DNA of 64,000 nucleotides. It comes from Planctomycetota bacterium. Its GTDB lineage: Bacteria > Planctomycetota > B15-G4. This document shows positions 7,978-17,616 of this stretch, piece by piece. The position numbers were made by a program, and so were the translations under genes. Numbering within the stretch: the first letter of the stretch is position 1; every line of letters begins with the position of its first letter. The DNA lies in the NCBI GenBank assembly GCA_029259715.1, contig JAJDEP010000003.1, positions 301,370-365,369 on the forward strand, in the 5' to 3' direction. Under the pieces are notes generated by a model. The model was given only the letters and a program-made list of their open reading frames with translations, did not search any database and had not been told where the DNA came from.

Positions 7978-10623
7978 ATGGCCAGCGCAGCGAACCCGCC
8001 GATGACCGACGACCGACCCGGTCAGCAGCCCAGCTCCGACCCCATCTCGGCCATCGTCGAGGCCTTCGCGGTGAAGGTCGCCGACGACGACTCGGTGGAC
8101 CTCGACGCCTTCTGCGCCGAGCAGCCGGAGGCCATCCGGGACGAGGTGCGCCGGCGCTGCGGCGACGCGCTGAAGATCCAGCGCACGCTGCGCAGCCGGC
8201 TCCGATCGAGCACCCGGCCCCGCACCATGCCCGGCGGCGGGCTCATGCCGGGCACACGCCTCGGCGAGTTCACCATCGAGTCGGAGCTGGGCCGCGGCGG
8301 CATGGGCAGCGTCGTGTATCTGGCCCGGCAGGAGTCGCTGCGACGGCGGGTCGCGCTGAAGGTCTTGAGCCTCGGGCCCGAGGTGAACGAGCGCGCCATC
8401 AAGCGCTTCCACCGGGCCGCCAGCGCCGCCGCCCGCCTCGCACACCCCGGCATCGTGCAGGTGCACTCGGTGGGCGAGACCGACGGCGCGCTCTACCTCG
8501 CCATGGAGTACATCGAGGGCAAGACCCTCGCGCAGCACCAGCGCGCCGACCTCGCCGCGTGGCCCGGCGCCCGGTCCGGCTTCCTGCTGGGCACACGGCA
8601 TCACGCCAGTCGCATCACTCAGGTGGCGGAACTGATGGCGCGCATGGCCGAGGCGCTGAGTTACGCCCACGGCGCCGGCGTGATCCACCGCGACGTCAAG
8701 CCGAGCAACGTGATCATCGATGCCGACGGGCGCCCGCACATCTGCGACTTCGACCTGGCCAAGGACCTGCACGCGGCGAGCATCAGCCAGTCGGGCGATC
8801 TCTCGGGCACGCCGTACTACATGAGCCCCGAGCAGGCCATGGCCAAGCGCGTCGCCATCGACCACCGCACGGACGTCTTCTCGCTGGGTGTGGTGCTGTA
8901 CGAGCTGCTGGCCCGCACCCGCCCCTTCGAGGGCGACACGCTGCAGTCGATCCTGCACGACATCAGCTTCCGCGAACCGACGCCGCTGCGACAGGCCAGC
9001 CCCGACGTCCCGCGGGATCTGGAGACCATTTGTCACAAGGCCCTGGAGAAGCGGCCCGACCACCGCTTCGCCTCGATGGCCGACATGGCCGCCGACCTGC
9101 GCCACTTCCTCAACCACGAGTCCATCACGGCGCGGCCCCCGTCGTTGCCCGAGCGGGCGCGACGGGCCCTCGCCAAGCACCGGGCCGCCGCGGCGCTCAT
9201 CGCGCTGGTGCTCGTGCTGGCGGCGACGCCGTTCATCGCCGACGCCTGGGCCGACCACAAGGCGCGCCGGCAGCAGGTCGAGCAGGTGGCCGACCTGGCC
9301 CATGGCGACCTGTCCGGCCTGCCCAATGCCGAACTCGTGGCCGCGCGGCAACAGGCCCTGCGACTGCTCGGCAGCACCGACCTGTCGGCCGGCGAGCGCC
9401 GGCGGGTGGACGACGCCCTGGCGCTGATCCACCTGCACGCCACCGAGCGCCGCGAGGCCGCGCTGCGAAGCATGCGTGCGGGTCTCGACCCCAGCGCCCG
9501 CATGGATCCCGGCGACCCGTTCGGCGCCTTCCCCAAGGGCTTCGGCGACTACGTGGCCGCCGCCCTGCTCGCCTCCGAGGAGGAGGCCCTCGAGCTCGTC
9601 GCCGCCAACGCCTTGAACCCCACCGTCACCGTGCGGGCCCTCGCCGCCGACGGCACGACGCTCGACGGCGCGCAGATCACCCTGCTCACCCTCGACGCGC
9701 ACACCGGCCTGGTCACCCACGACCAGCGACTCGGCCCGGCCCCCGTGAAGCGGCACTCGCTGTCGCCCGCGCTCTACCGGCTGGTCGCCCGCGGCGAGGT
9801 CGGCGGCATTCCCGTGGCCGGCGAGTCGACCCAGCTGTTCGAGACGCCGCTGGAGGCGCGCAGCGTCACCATCCGCCTGCGGGCCGAGGACGACGTCACG
9901 GCGGACATGGTGCTCATCCCCGGCGGCGCCTTCATCGCCGGGGATCCCGACGAGGCGCCCGGTGTCGCGCCCGGCGCGGGCAACGCCATCCACACCCTGC
10001 CGGCCTTCTGGATCGACCGGCATGAGGTCAGCAACGCCGAGTACAAGGCCTTCGTCGATGCCACCGGACGTCGGCCCCCGAGCCTCTGGCCCGTGCCCTA
10101 CGACGACACCCTCGACGATCTGCCCGTGGTGAGCGTGACCCACGCCGACACCCGCGCGTACGCGGCCTGGGCCGGCAAGCGTCTGCCCACCGGCCTCGAG
10201 TGGGAGCGCGCCGCCCGGGGCACCGGCGGCGCCGCATTCCCCCGCCCCCTCACCGAGGTCCCGCTGGCCGCCTACGTCATCGGGGATCCGCGCGGCGCCG
10301 ACTTCTCGAGCGATCCCGATCAGCAGGACGCCTTCGACCGGGCCCTCTATCGGGAGGCCGTGGTCGCCGTCGACGCGCGACCCGAGACGGCGGGACCCGA
10401 GGGACTCTTCCACACCCTCGACAACGTGCGCGAGTGGACCGAGAGCCCCTTCTGGGACGAGGCCGTCGGGCGCTTCCTGGGCGGGCAACACCTGGTCAAG
10501 GGCGGCGGCTGGTGGTCGATGGTCAACCCCGTCTACACCAACCTGTTTGCGCGCTCGCCGGTGCCCGACAGCGTGTTCACCCGCGGCCTGGGCTTCCGCT
10601 GTGCCCGGAGCGCGACACTCTGA
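7978..10623 (+). CDS. Ser/Thr protein kinase fused to C-terminal formylglycine-generating-enzyme (FGE/SUMF1) domain
   Basis: 881 aa from ATG 7978. Kinase motifs are ELGRGGMGSVYLA, VALK, HRDVKPSNVIID, DFDLAK, SGTPYYMSPEQ. A TM-like segment AAAALIALVLVLAATPFIA follows the kinase domain. The C-terminal approx. 250 aa match FGE-sulfatase/SUMF1 (MVLIPGGAFIAGD, HEVSNAEYKAFVDATG, YAAWAGKRLPTGLEWERAARG, HLVKGGGWWS). Confidence 0.9.
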   Translation: MASAANPPMTDDRPGQQPSSDPISAIVEAFAVKVADDDSVDLDAFCAEQPEAIRDEVRRRCGDALKIQRTLRSRLRSSTRPRTMPGGGLMPGTRLGEFTIESELGRGGMGSVVYLARQESLRRRVALKVLSLGPEVNERAIKRFHRAASAAARLAHPGIVQVHSVGETDGALYLAMEYIEGKTLAQHQRADLAAWPGARSGFLLGTRHHASRITQVAELMARMAEALSYAHGAGVIHRDVKPSNVIIDADGRPHICDFDLAKDLHAASISQSGDLSGTPYYMSPEQAMAKRVAIDHRTDVFSLGVVLYELLARTRPFEGDTLQSILHDISFREPTPLRQASPDVPRDLETICHKALEKRPDHRFASMADMAADLRHFLNHESITARPPSLPERARRALAKHRAAAALIALVLVLAATPFIADAWADHKARRQQVEQVADLAHGDLSGLPNAELVAARQQALRLLGSTDLSAGERRRVDDALALIHLHATERREAALRSMRAGLDPSARMDPGDPFGAFPKGFGDYVAAALLASEEEALELVAANALNPTVTVRALAADGTTLDGAQITLLTLDAHTGLVTHDQRLGPAPVKRHSLSPALYRLVARGEVGGIPVAGESTQLFETPLEARSVTIRLRAEDDVTADMVLIPGGAFIAGDPDEAPGVAPGAGNAIHTLPAFWIDRHEVSNAEYKAFVDATGRRPPSLWPVPYDDTLDDLPVVSVTHADTRAYAAWAGKRLPTGLEWERAARGTGGAAFPRPLTEVPLAAYVIGDPRGADFSSDPDQQDAFDRALYREAVVAVDARPETAGPEGLFHTLDNVREWTESPFWDEAVGRFLGGQHLVKGGGWWSMVNPVYTNLFARSPVPDSVFTRGLGFRCARSATL

Positions 10624-10690
10624 GACGCGCCCGCCGCCATCGCATCGAGGGCCATCAAACCAAGGGAAATCAGCAAGAGGAGCAAGGAAG

Positions 10691-11287
10691 ATGCCAGGAA
10701 CACCCGCAACAGGATCGGTCTACTTCGGATTCCATGTGCCAAGCGACAGTCCCTACAACAAGTGGGATTCGGCCAAGCGCATGAGCGTGAAGCAGAAGGT
10801 CAACACCGAGATCAAGGGCAAGACCTCGATCAACCGCCGCGACGAGCTGAACAGCCTCGCCATCTCGACCCAACCGGGCGGCACCATCGAAGAGACGGAC
10901 GTGCGCAAGATCATGAAGGACGCGCTCGACCGCACCCACAAGGGCATGCCCGGATTCGCGAGCGACAGCCACGCCATCAGTCTTGCCGTGCCGGTGGGCG
11001 GCGGCATCGGGACCGGCGGCGAGGAACCCGACCCCGACCACATCACCTACATCTATGTGGGCACGCGCCGCCTCTGCATCCACGGCTACGGCCTGACGGT
11101 GAAGGCCAACGCCGACGACAACGCCGCGACGGTGCCGTGGACGGTGCAGGAGGACGGCCACGACTTCGCCATCCAGGCCAACCTCCAATGGGGCAGCGCC
11201 GCCGACGCCGGCGGGTCGGCCAACGTCGTCAGCGACGGTGGGTTCACCAGCGCCGACAGCGGTGGTCCCGTCACGCCGGGCGGCTGA
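10691..11287 (+). CDS. hypothetical protein, compositionally atypical (lower GC, A/T-rich third codon positions), no recognisable domain
   Basis: 198 aa, ATG 10691 preceded by AGGAG...AAGGAAG. The first 300 nt are about 55% GC against about 70% in neighbours. No signal peptide. The 3' end overlaps the convergent sixA-like gene by 17 bp. Confidence 0.55.
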   Translation: MPGTPATGSVYFGFHVPSDSPYNKWDSAKRMSVKQKVNTEIKGKTSINRRDELNSLAISTQPGGTIEETDVRKIMKDALDRTHKGMPGFASDSHAISLAVPVGGGIGTGGEEPDPDHITYIYVGTRRLCIHGYGLTVKANADDNAATVPWTVQEDGHDFAIQANLQWGSAADAGGSANVVSDGGFTSADSGGPVTPGG

Positions 11288-11795
11288 GGCCGTCGGTCAG
11301 GTCCTGCGGGCGGACGTGGGCGAGCAACTCCCCGCATCCGCCCGACAGGGCCGACCAGTCGTCCGGCAGGGCGAGGTGCGCGAGGGTCGCCGGCGGAAAG
11401 AAGTCACCCGGTCTCCAGTCCGATCGCCTGGATGCCAGGTGCGCGGCGAGCTCCGCCATGCCCGGGTTGTGGGCCACCAACAGCACCCGGCGGGCCGCGC
11501 GGGGGGCCCCGGCCAGGACGTCGAGGCAGGTCGGCACGTCGGCGAGGTACAGGCGCTCCTCGAGCACCAATTCCGGTCCCCCCTCGAGGGCCGCGCAGAC
11601 GCCGCGCGCGGTCATCACCGCCCGCCGTGCCGCCGAACAGACGGCGTGGTCGGGCTCGGCCGCGTGCGCGCCGAGCCAGGCCCCCACTGCTGCCGCCTGT
11701 TCGAGCCCGCGGTCGTCGAGGACGCGCTCGAAGTCGGAAGCGAAGCCTCCAGCGTCCGCGTGAGCATGGCGCAGGATGATCAGTTCACGAACCAT
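11271..11795 (-). CDS. SixA-like histidine phosphatase family protein (phosphohistidine phosphatase)
   Basis: 174 aa. N-terminal LIILRHAHA (RHG catalytic motif of the histidine phosphatase superfamily) and a conserved second His (LLVAHNPGM). Confidence 0.75.
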   Translation of the reverse strand: MVRELIILRHAHADAGGFASDFERVLDDRGLEQAAAVGAWLGAHAAEPDHAVCSAARRAVMTARGVCAALEGGPELVLEERLYLADVPTCLDVLAGAPRAARRVLLVAHNPGMAELAAHLASRRSDWRPGDFFPPATLAHLALPDDWSALSGGCGELLAHVRPQDLTDGLSRPA

Positions 11796-11928
11796 GACGG
11801 TGCCCCCCCCATGAGCCGCCTCCGCGGCCCCACCCCTTCCCCATCTTGGCCCCCCGCCATTGGAAGAAAACAGCCCCTGCGCTGCATTTCGTATAGATTA
11901 CGGCGCGCCAGACGCCGATGTTTCAGGC

Positions 11929-13434
11929 ATGCAGAGAGGCGACTTGCAGCATGGGCCCGGCCGCCGTCTCGCCGCAGCGGCCCTCATCCTGGCCCTGGCT
12001 CCCGGCCTGTGCCCGACCATCCGCGCGGCGGCCCCCGGCGCCAGCGACCCGAGCACCGACGGGCCCCCAGCGAGTGACCCCGATTCGAGTGCCCCCGGGT
12101 CGAGTGATGTGGTCCCGGCCAAATTCTCGAACCTGCGCTTCGAGGAGGACTGGAGTCACCTCGCCGACCCCGACGTCGTTTCCGACCATCTCTGGCCGAG
12201 CATCAAGCACGTCGAGCTGAGCGACGACTGGACGGCGAGCTTCGGCGGACAGGTCCGCCTGCGCATGCAGAGCGAGGACAACAAGAGTCTGCGCGAGCTG
12301 TCGCCCCAGCGGAACGACTTCAACCTCCTGCGTACACGGGTGCACGGCGACTTCCGTCACCGCAGCGGTCTGCGGGTCTTCATCGAGGGCATCGACGCGC
12401 GCATCCACGGCCACGAGCGCATGCCCCTCGGCATCGACCGCAACAACGCCGACCTGCTCAACGCCTTCGTCGAGGCGCCCCTCACCGACGATGTGCGCCT
12501 GCGCGTCGGCCGCATGGAGTTGCAGGAGGGTGGACAGCGACTCGTCTCGCCCCTCGACTGGGGCAACACCCGGCGCAGCTTCGACGGCGGCCTCGTGCGG
12601 GTGGAGGGCGAGGACGTCAAGACCGACTTCTTCTACGCCAGCCGCGTGGGGGTCGAGCCGCGCTCGTCGGACGATCGCGACGGCAGCCAGGACTTCGGCG
12701 GCGTCTACTCGACCCTCACCACCGATGGCGGCGACACCGTCGACGCCTTCCTGCTCGCCCTCGATGAGGAGAATCCGCTCTTCATGGGCAGCGACGGCGG
12801 CATGGGCGACCAGACCGTCTACACCCTCGGCGGACGCTTCAAGGGCAAGACCGGCCAGACCGACTACGAGCTCTGGGGCGCCGTGCAGCGCGGCGATCGG
12901 GCCGGCGACGACATCGATGCCTACTCGTACGAGGCGCGGGTCGGGCAGACCTTCCCCGACGTGCCGGGCAAGCCGCGGGTGGGCCTCGACTTCATCTATG
13001 CCAGCGGCGACAACGACCCCACCGACGGCGAATTCGAGACGTTCAACCAGCACTTCCCGCTCGGTCACGCCTACCTCGGATACTTCGACCTGGTCGGGCG
13101 CCAGAACATCATCGACCTCTCGCCCAGCGTGGCGGTGAAGCTCGCCGAGCGGACCACCGCCCGGGTGGCCCTGCACAAGTTCAACCTGGCCGAGAGCGAG
13201 GACGCGCTGTTCAACGCCGGCGGCGCGGCCACCTTCGCCGATCCGTCCGGCACCGCCGGGCAGGCCGTGGGCACCGAGCTCGACGTGACCATCGCCCACC
13301 GACCCGAGATGCTCGCCCCCCACGCCCACGTGCTGCTCGGGTGGTCCCACTTCAGCGCCGAGCGCCACATCGACCGCCTGGGCGGGAGCGGCAGCGCCGA
13401 CCTGGTCTACCTGCAGTTCACCGGGACCTTCTGA
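11929..13434 (+). CDS. alginate-export (AlgE-like) family outer-membrane beta-barrel protein
   Basis: 501 aa from ATG 11929 (MQRGDLQHGPGRRLAAAALILALAPGL, signal peptide). Alternating amphipathic beta-strand pattern, aromatic C-terminus (LVYLQFTGTF), family-like motifs (FGGQVRLRMQ, DWGNTRRSFDG). The antisense 481-aa ORF was rejected. Confidence 0.75.
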   Translation: MQRGDLQHGPGRRLAAAALILALAPGLCPTIRAAAPGASDPSTDGPPASDPDSSAPGSSDVVPAKFSNLRFEEDWSHLADPDVVSDHLWPSIKHVELSDDWTASFGGQVRLRMQSEDNKSLRELSPQRNDFNLLRTRVHGDFRHRSGLRVFIEGIDARIHGHERMPLGIDRNNADLLNAFVEAPLTDDVRLRVGRMELQEGGQRLVSPLDWGNTRRSFDGGLVRVEGEDVKTDFFYASRVGVEPRSSDDRDGSQDFGGVYSTLTTDGGDTVDAFLLALDEENPLFMGSDGGMGDQTVYTLGGRFKGKTGQTDYELWGAVQRGDRAGDDIDAYSYEARVGQTFPDVPGKPRVGLDFIYASGDNDPTDGEFETFNQHFPLGHAYLGYFDLVGRQNIIDLSPSVAVKLAERTTARVALHKFNLAESEDALFNAGGAATFADPSGTAGQAVGTELDVTIAHRPEMLAPHAHVLLGWSHFSAERHIDRLGGSGSADLVYLQFTGTF

Positions 13435-13485
13435 TTCCCGACGCCGGTTGACCCAACGTTCGGGCTGATCACCGGCGCCGCCGAG

Positions 13486-13758
13486 TCAGTCGGAGGGTTG
13501 CTCGCCGGCCAGGAATTCCCAGATGGCCTCGGCGTTCTCGGGCAGCAGCCCGCCCTGCACGCCGTCCTCGTGACCGATCATCACGTTGGGCCCAGTGGCA
13601 CAGTGGTCCATGCACGACGTCGAACAGAGCAGCACCCGGGCCCGGCCCGGCTCGGCCTGCTGACGCGCCGCGAGAGCCGCCAGCAGCGCCTCGCCCCCGC
13701 GTTCGCCGCACGACGGTCCGTGACAGATGAAGGCGACGGGACGCGGTGTGGCCGGCAT
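13486..13758 (-). CDS. thioredoxin-like [2Fe-2S] ferredoxin (NuoE-like fold)
   Basis: 90 aa from ATG 13758 (MPATPRPVAFICHGPSCGERGG...LLCSTSCMDHCATGPNVMI). It has four Cys in a Cx4C...Cx3C arrangement. It is the C-terminal real piece of a 1036-aa artefactual ORF. Confidence 0.65.
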   Translation of the reverse strand: MPATPRPVAFICHGPSCGERGGEALLAALAARQQAEPGRARVLLCSTSCMDHCATGPNVMIGHEDGVQGGLLPENAEAIWEFLAGEQPSD

Positions 13759-13844
13759 GTCGCTGGAAGTCGGGGGAGCGACACGCCCGAGGGGCGGCAG
13801 GCGCGCGGGGCCGCGTCCGGCTCCGTCGGGCGCGCCGCCCGCCG

Positions 13845-16304
13845 TCACGTCGCGCGTCTCCGGCCGGCCAACAGCGCCACGGCATAGCTCGCCGCCGCCA
13901 CCAGGAAGGCCGTCGTGAATCCCGCTGCCATGGCGATCAGGATACCAGCGACGGAGGCGATCACCGAGGCGCCACCGTTGATCCCGAAGGCCCACGGCAC
14001 GAGCGCCGACGAGCGACTCGAGAGCAACGCCAGGCCGGACGGGAAGGGCATGCCCATCACGAAGGCCAGCGGCCCGAGGACCCCGATGGAAACCAGGATG
14101 CGCGCCCACAGCGGCAGCAGCAGCGCCGCATCGAACAGGGACGGCAAGCCGAGCATGAGCGCCAGCACGAGCACCACGACGGCGATCAGCGCCCGCGTCA
14201 GCGTGCGGGACGAATCGTTGCTGCGCCCCGCCACCGACGCGCCCAGTCCCGAGAAGACGAGGAACGACACGAGCACCACCGTGATGGCGTAGCCCGGGTG
14301 CCCCAGGAACAGCACGAAGCGCTGCATGACGGCCACCTCGACCAGCATGTAGCCCGCGCCCAGGCCGAAGAAGTAGAGCGTCCAGCGCCCGGCCCCGGTC
14401 ACCTTCAGCCCCTCGCGCCGGAACAACAGCAGCGGCACGAGCACGAGCAGCACCACCAGCACGGCGGACTGCCCCAGCACGGTCAGCAGCATGATCAGGC
14501 CGATGGGCTCGCCGCCGACGATGCCCGCGTAGCGGTCGGAGGTCTCCTCCTCGCCTTCGCCGCCGAACCAATGGCTCCACACCCGCTCCCAGCGGTGGTA
14601 GCGGAAGAAGAACGGATTGTCGTCGCGCACCGGGTCGACGTCGTAGACGTAGGCCGCCCGGAAGTCGCGGTCGGTGCCGTCGCGCACGGCGTCGAAGTAC
14701 GCGGCCACCTCGCCCCCCTGCGGCGCCGGCACCCCGGGGGCGTACAGCATGAACGCCTGGGGATCCGCCGCGGCGAAGCGCTCGTAGAGGTTCACTTGGT
14801 CGGGGCTGAAGGGCTGCTTGCGCAGGAGCAGCATGCCGTAGTCGATGCCCACCTCCGAACCGTCGGGCAGCGGCTGCTTGTGGCCCTTGAAGCCCAGCAT
14901 GACCACGTGGTTCTCGGGCTGCTCGACGCCGTCCTCGCGCAGGGCCTCCACCATGATCGCCGCCAGCCGCAGCGTCTCGCGCGGCGGCTCGAAGCGGAAA
15001 CGCAGCACGCAGATGACGCCGTCGTCGGTGAGGTGGTCGAGGAAGTCGTCGTAGGCCTCGAGCGTGTAGAGGTACGACTCCGACATGACGTAGCTGCCCG
15101 AGGACAGGGCGGTGTAGGTGTCCGTCCCCGTCATCTGGATGATGTCGTACTGCTGGTCGGAGCGGCGCAGCCACGAGCGCCCCTCGCCCACGTGCACGGA
15201 GACGCCCGGCAGGTGGTAGCGGTTCCGGGTGGGCTCGGCGTACTTGCCGCGCATCATCCCGGCCATGGAGGCGTTCAGCTCGACGCCCGTGAAGTCGACC
15301 CGGCTGCCGTCGGGGAACACCCGCTTCTCGGCCGCGCCCTGCAGCACGTCGATGCCGCCGCCGATGCCGATGGCCAGGGCCTTGGGGGCCGTCTCCTGGA
15401 ACATCAGGTAGGCCAGCCCCTCCTTGGCGAGGATGTTGATGTTCTCGTGGGCGGCGCCGAGGGGCAGCACGGAGGGCGCGTCGGCGTCCTGGAAGATGGT
15501 GCGCTGGACGCGGGGCTTGTCGGGCCCGGGCCCCACCACGTCGAGGCGCGCCACCGGATCCCACACGGTGTGCTCGACACGCAGCGACGGGTCCATGCCC
15601 ATGATCACGGCCATGGCCTTGCTCTTGGCCGGCGGCACGGTGAACAGCGCGGTCGGCGCGAGCGCCGCCATGATCAGCGCGCCCGCCGCCGCCAGACCGG
15701 CGAGGCGTCCCAGTCCCCGGCCGGCTGTGCTGCCGCGGCACAGGCTCCACGCGCCACCGAAGGCCAGGGCCGTCGCCACAACGATGGTGCCCTCGCCGCC
15801 GAAGACCCGCAGGATGGGCACGTAGATGGCACAGCCGAGGGCCGACCCGCCCATGTTCCACGCGTACATCTGGCCCACCCGCGGGCCGGCGTCGGTGAGG
15901 GCCAGGGCCACCACCAGGCCGCCGAAGACCATCGGCACCACCAACACGGCGTAGTTCACGGCGGCCATGAAGATGCCCGCCCGCGTGTGCGAGGTGTCGA
16001 GCTCGATGCGCGTGATCAGCGCGTAGCTGCCGAGGGCGGTGAGACCGAAGAGCAGCCCCCACAGGCCGAGGCGTCGGGAGACGTCGCCCCCGATCCAGGC
16101 CCGCCGGCAAGCCAGCGCGGCGCCCCCCGCGGCGAACCCCAGCAGCGTGAAGGTGACCACCAGGTAGGTCAGGTGGTGCCAGAGCATGTAGGAGAACACG
16201 CGCGTCTGCACGAGCTGCAGCAGCAGCACGGCGGCCGAGACGAGGGCGACGCCGACCAGGCGTCCGCGTCCGGGAGCGGCGCGGGAGGGCTCGGGCGTCG
16301 TCAC
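13845..16304 (-). CDS. polytopic membrane protein with embedded spermidine-synthase-like (PABS/aminopropyltransferase) domain
   Basis: About 820 aa. N- and C-terminal blocks of TM helices flank a soluble PABS-like domain (LAIGIGGGIDVL, YDIIQMTGTDTY). Start is uncertain: the GTG at 16304 precedes the first TM, and the R/P-rich upstream extension to 16472 looks non-coding. Confidence 0.75.
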   Translation of the reverse strand: MTTPEPSRAAPGRGRLVGVALVSAAVLLLQLVQTRVFSYMLWHHLTYLVVTFTLLGFAAGGAALACRRAWIGGDVSRRLGLWGLLFGLTALGSYALITRIELDTSHTRAGIFMAAVNYAVLVVPMVFGGLVVALALTDAGPRVGQMYAWNMGGSALGCAIYVPILRVFGGEGTIVVATALAFGGAWSLCRGSTAGRGLGRLAGLAAAGALIMAALAPTALFTVPPAKSKAMAVIMGMDPSLRVEHTVWDPVARLDVVGPGPDKPRVQRTIFQDADAPSVLPLGAAHENINILAKEGLAYLMFQETAPKALAIGIGGGIDVLQGAAEKRVFPDGSRVDFTGVELNASMAGMMRGKYAEPTRNRYHLPGVSVHVGEGRSWLRRSDQQYDIIQMTGTDTYTALSSGSYVMSESYLYTLEAYDDFLDHLTDDGVICVLRFRFEPPRETLRLAAIMVEALREDGVEQPENHVVMLGFKGHKQPLPDGSEVGIDYGMLLLRKQPFSPDQVNLYERFAAADPQAFMLYAPGVPAPQGGEVAAYFDAVRDGTDRDFRAAYVYDVDPVRDDNPFFFRYHRWERVWSHWFGGEGEEETSDRYAGIVGGEPIGLIMLLTVLGQSAVLVVLLVLVPLLLFRREGLKVTGAGRWTLYFFGLGAGYMLVEVAVMQRFVLFLGHPGYAITVVLVSFLVFSGLGASVAGRSNDSSRTLTRALIAVVVLVLALMLGLPSLFDAALLLPLWARILVSIGVLGPLAFVMGMPFPSGLALLSSRSSALVPWAFGINGGASVIASVAGILIAMAAGFTTAFLVAAASYAVALLAGRRRAT

Positions 16305-16534
16305 GGCGGCGGGGCACTCCGGCGGTCGGTTGCGGGCATCCCGTGCAGCGAGGGCACGGGCGGTGTGGGCACGGTCGCGGAGAGCATACCCCGCAGGAGC
16401 GGCGTCCCCGCGACCCCACCGGAAGCCGAGCTCCCGGACCCGGGGAAGGCCGGCCGGCGGACCTGCGTCCAAGCCGACGTCCTGCGCCCGGCCCGGTCCA
16501 CGCGCTAGGATGGCCGACGCCCCGCAGCCACCGG

Positions 16535-17569
16535 ATGACCCCGTTGAGCGCAGAACGCATTCCGAGACTCCTCGTCACCGGCGGTGCCGGCTTCATCGGC
16601 CATCACCTGGTGGCCGAGCGGCTGCTCCGGGGCGCTGCCGTCACGGTCCTCGACGACGGCTCCACCGGGTCCTGGGACGCCCTGCCCGCTCATCCGGCCC
16701 TGCGCCGGGTGGTGGGCTGCGTCACCGATCCGGCCGCGGTGTCCCGGGCCGTCGGGGCGGGCGTCGACCGCGTCTACCACCTCGCCGGCGTGGTCGGGGT
16801 GCGCCTCGCGGTGGCCGAACGTCGCCGCGCCCACGATGTGACCGTGAACGGCACCCGGGCCGTGCTCGCCGCCACGGGCGATGCCCCCGTGGTGCTGTTC
16901 TCGTCGTCGGCCGTCTACGGCCTGCACCGCGCCGACCAGGCGCACGAGCAGCTCACCATCGGGCAGGCCGAGGCCCTCGAGTACGACGGCGGCGAGCCCG
17001 GCTATGCCACCGGCAAGTGGCGCCTCGAGCAGCTCGGCGCCCGCGCCGCGCAGCAGGGACGGGGCGTGCTCGTGGTGCGCCCGTTCAACGTCGTGGGACT
17101 GGGACAGATCGGCGCCTACGGCATGGTGCTCCCGCGCTTCCTCGCCGCGGCCCTCGCCGGCCGCCCCCTCGTGGTCTACGACGACGGCGCCCAGAGCCGA
17201 GCCTTCAGCGGCGTGGCCACCTTCCTGCAGGCGCTGCGGCGGCTTGAAGCCACGCCCCGCGCCTGGGGCTCCGTCGTGAACGTGGGCGCACCGACGGGCA
17301 CGACGATCCTGCAGCTCGCGCACACCGTCGTCGACGCCGTGGCCGAACACTTCGGCATCGCCGCCGAGATCCGCCACCGCCCCTACGGCGAGGTCTTCCC
17401 GGGGCGGGTGGACGTCCGCGCCCGGGTCCCCGATCCGGGCAGCCTCACCGACCTGATCGGTCCCCTCCACTGGCCCGACGTCACCGCACTCGTGGCCGCA
17501 TTGCTCCCGGGGCACGCGCCCGCACCGGCCTCCCGAGCGGCCCTCGTCACGGAGCCGGTGAGCTCCTAG
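16535..17569 (+). CDS. NAD-dependent epimerase/dehydratase (extended SDR) family protein
   Basis: 344 aa from ATG 16535 (MTPLSAERIPRLLVTGGAGFIGHHLV = Rossmann GxxGxxG; YxxxK-like YATGKW). Confidence 0.85.
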   Translation: MTPLSAERIPRLLVTGGAGFIGHHLVAERLLRGAAVTVLDDGSTGSWDALPAHPALRRVVGCVTDPAAVSRAVGAGVDRVYHLAGVVGVRLAVAERRRAHDVTVNGTRAVLAATGDAPVVLFSSSAVYGLHRADQAHEQLTIGQAEALEYDGGEPGYATGKWRLEQLGARAAQQGRGVLVVRPFNVVGLGQIGAYGMVLPRFLAAALAGRPLVVYDDGAQSRAFSGVATFLQALRRLEATPRAWGSVVNVGAPTGTTILQLAHTVVDAVAEHFGIAAEIRHRPYGEVFPGRVDVRARVPDPGSLTDLIGPLHWPDVTALVAALLPGHAPAPASRAALVTEPVSS

Positions 17570-17616
17570 GCCCCTTTCCTGAGCCCCGCTCCGGGGCTCC
17601 GCGCTGCCGGACGGCC

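Noticed and set aside
7696-10491. 931-aa minus ORF antisense to the kinase gene.
   Set aside because: Arg/Gly/Pro-rich low-complexity translation. The kinase frame has unambiguous catalytic motifs.
11923-13368. 481-aa minus ORF antisense to the alginate-export gene.
   Set aside because: No domain signal. The plus frame has a signal peptide and beta-barrel features.
13486-16596. 1036-aa minus ORF and the 920-aa plus ORF 13746..16508.
   Set aside because: They are overlapping frames of the real 13845..16304 membrane gene. Only the C-terminal 90 aa of the 1036-aa ORF (13486..13758) has a genuine ferredoxin Cys pattern.
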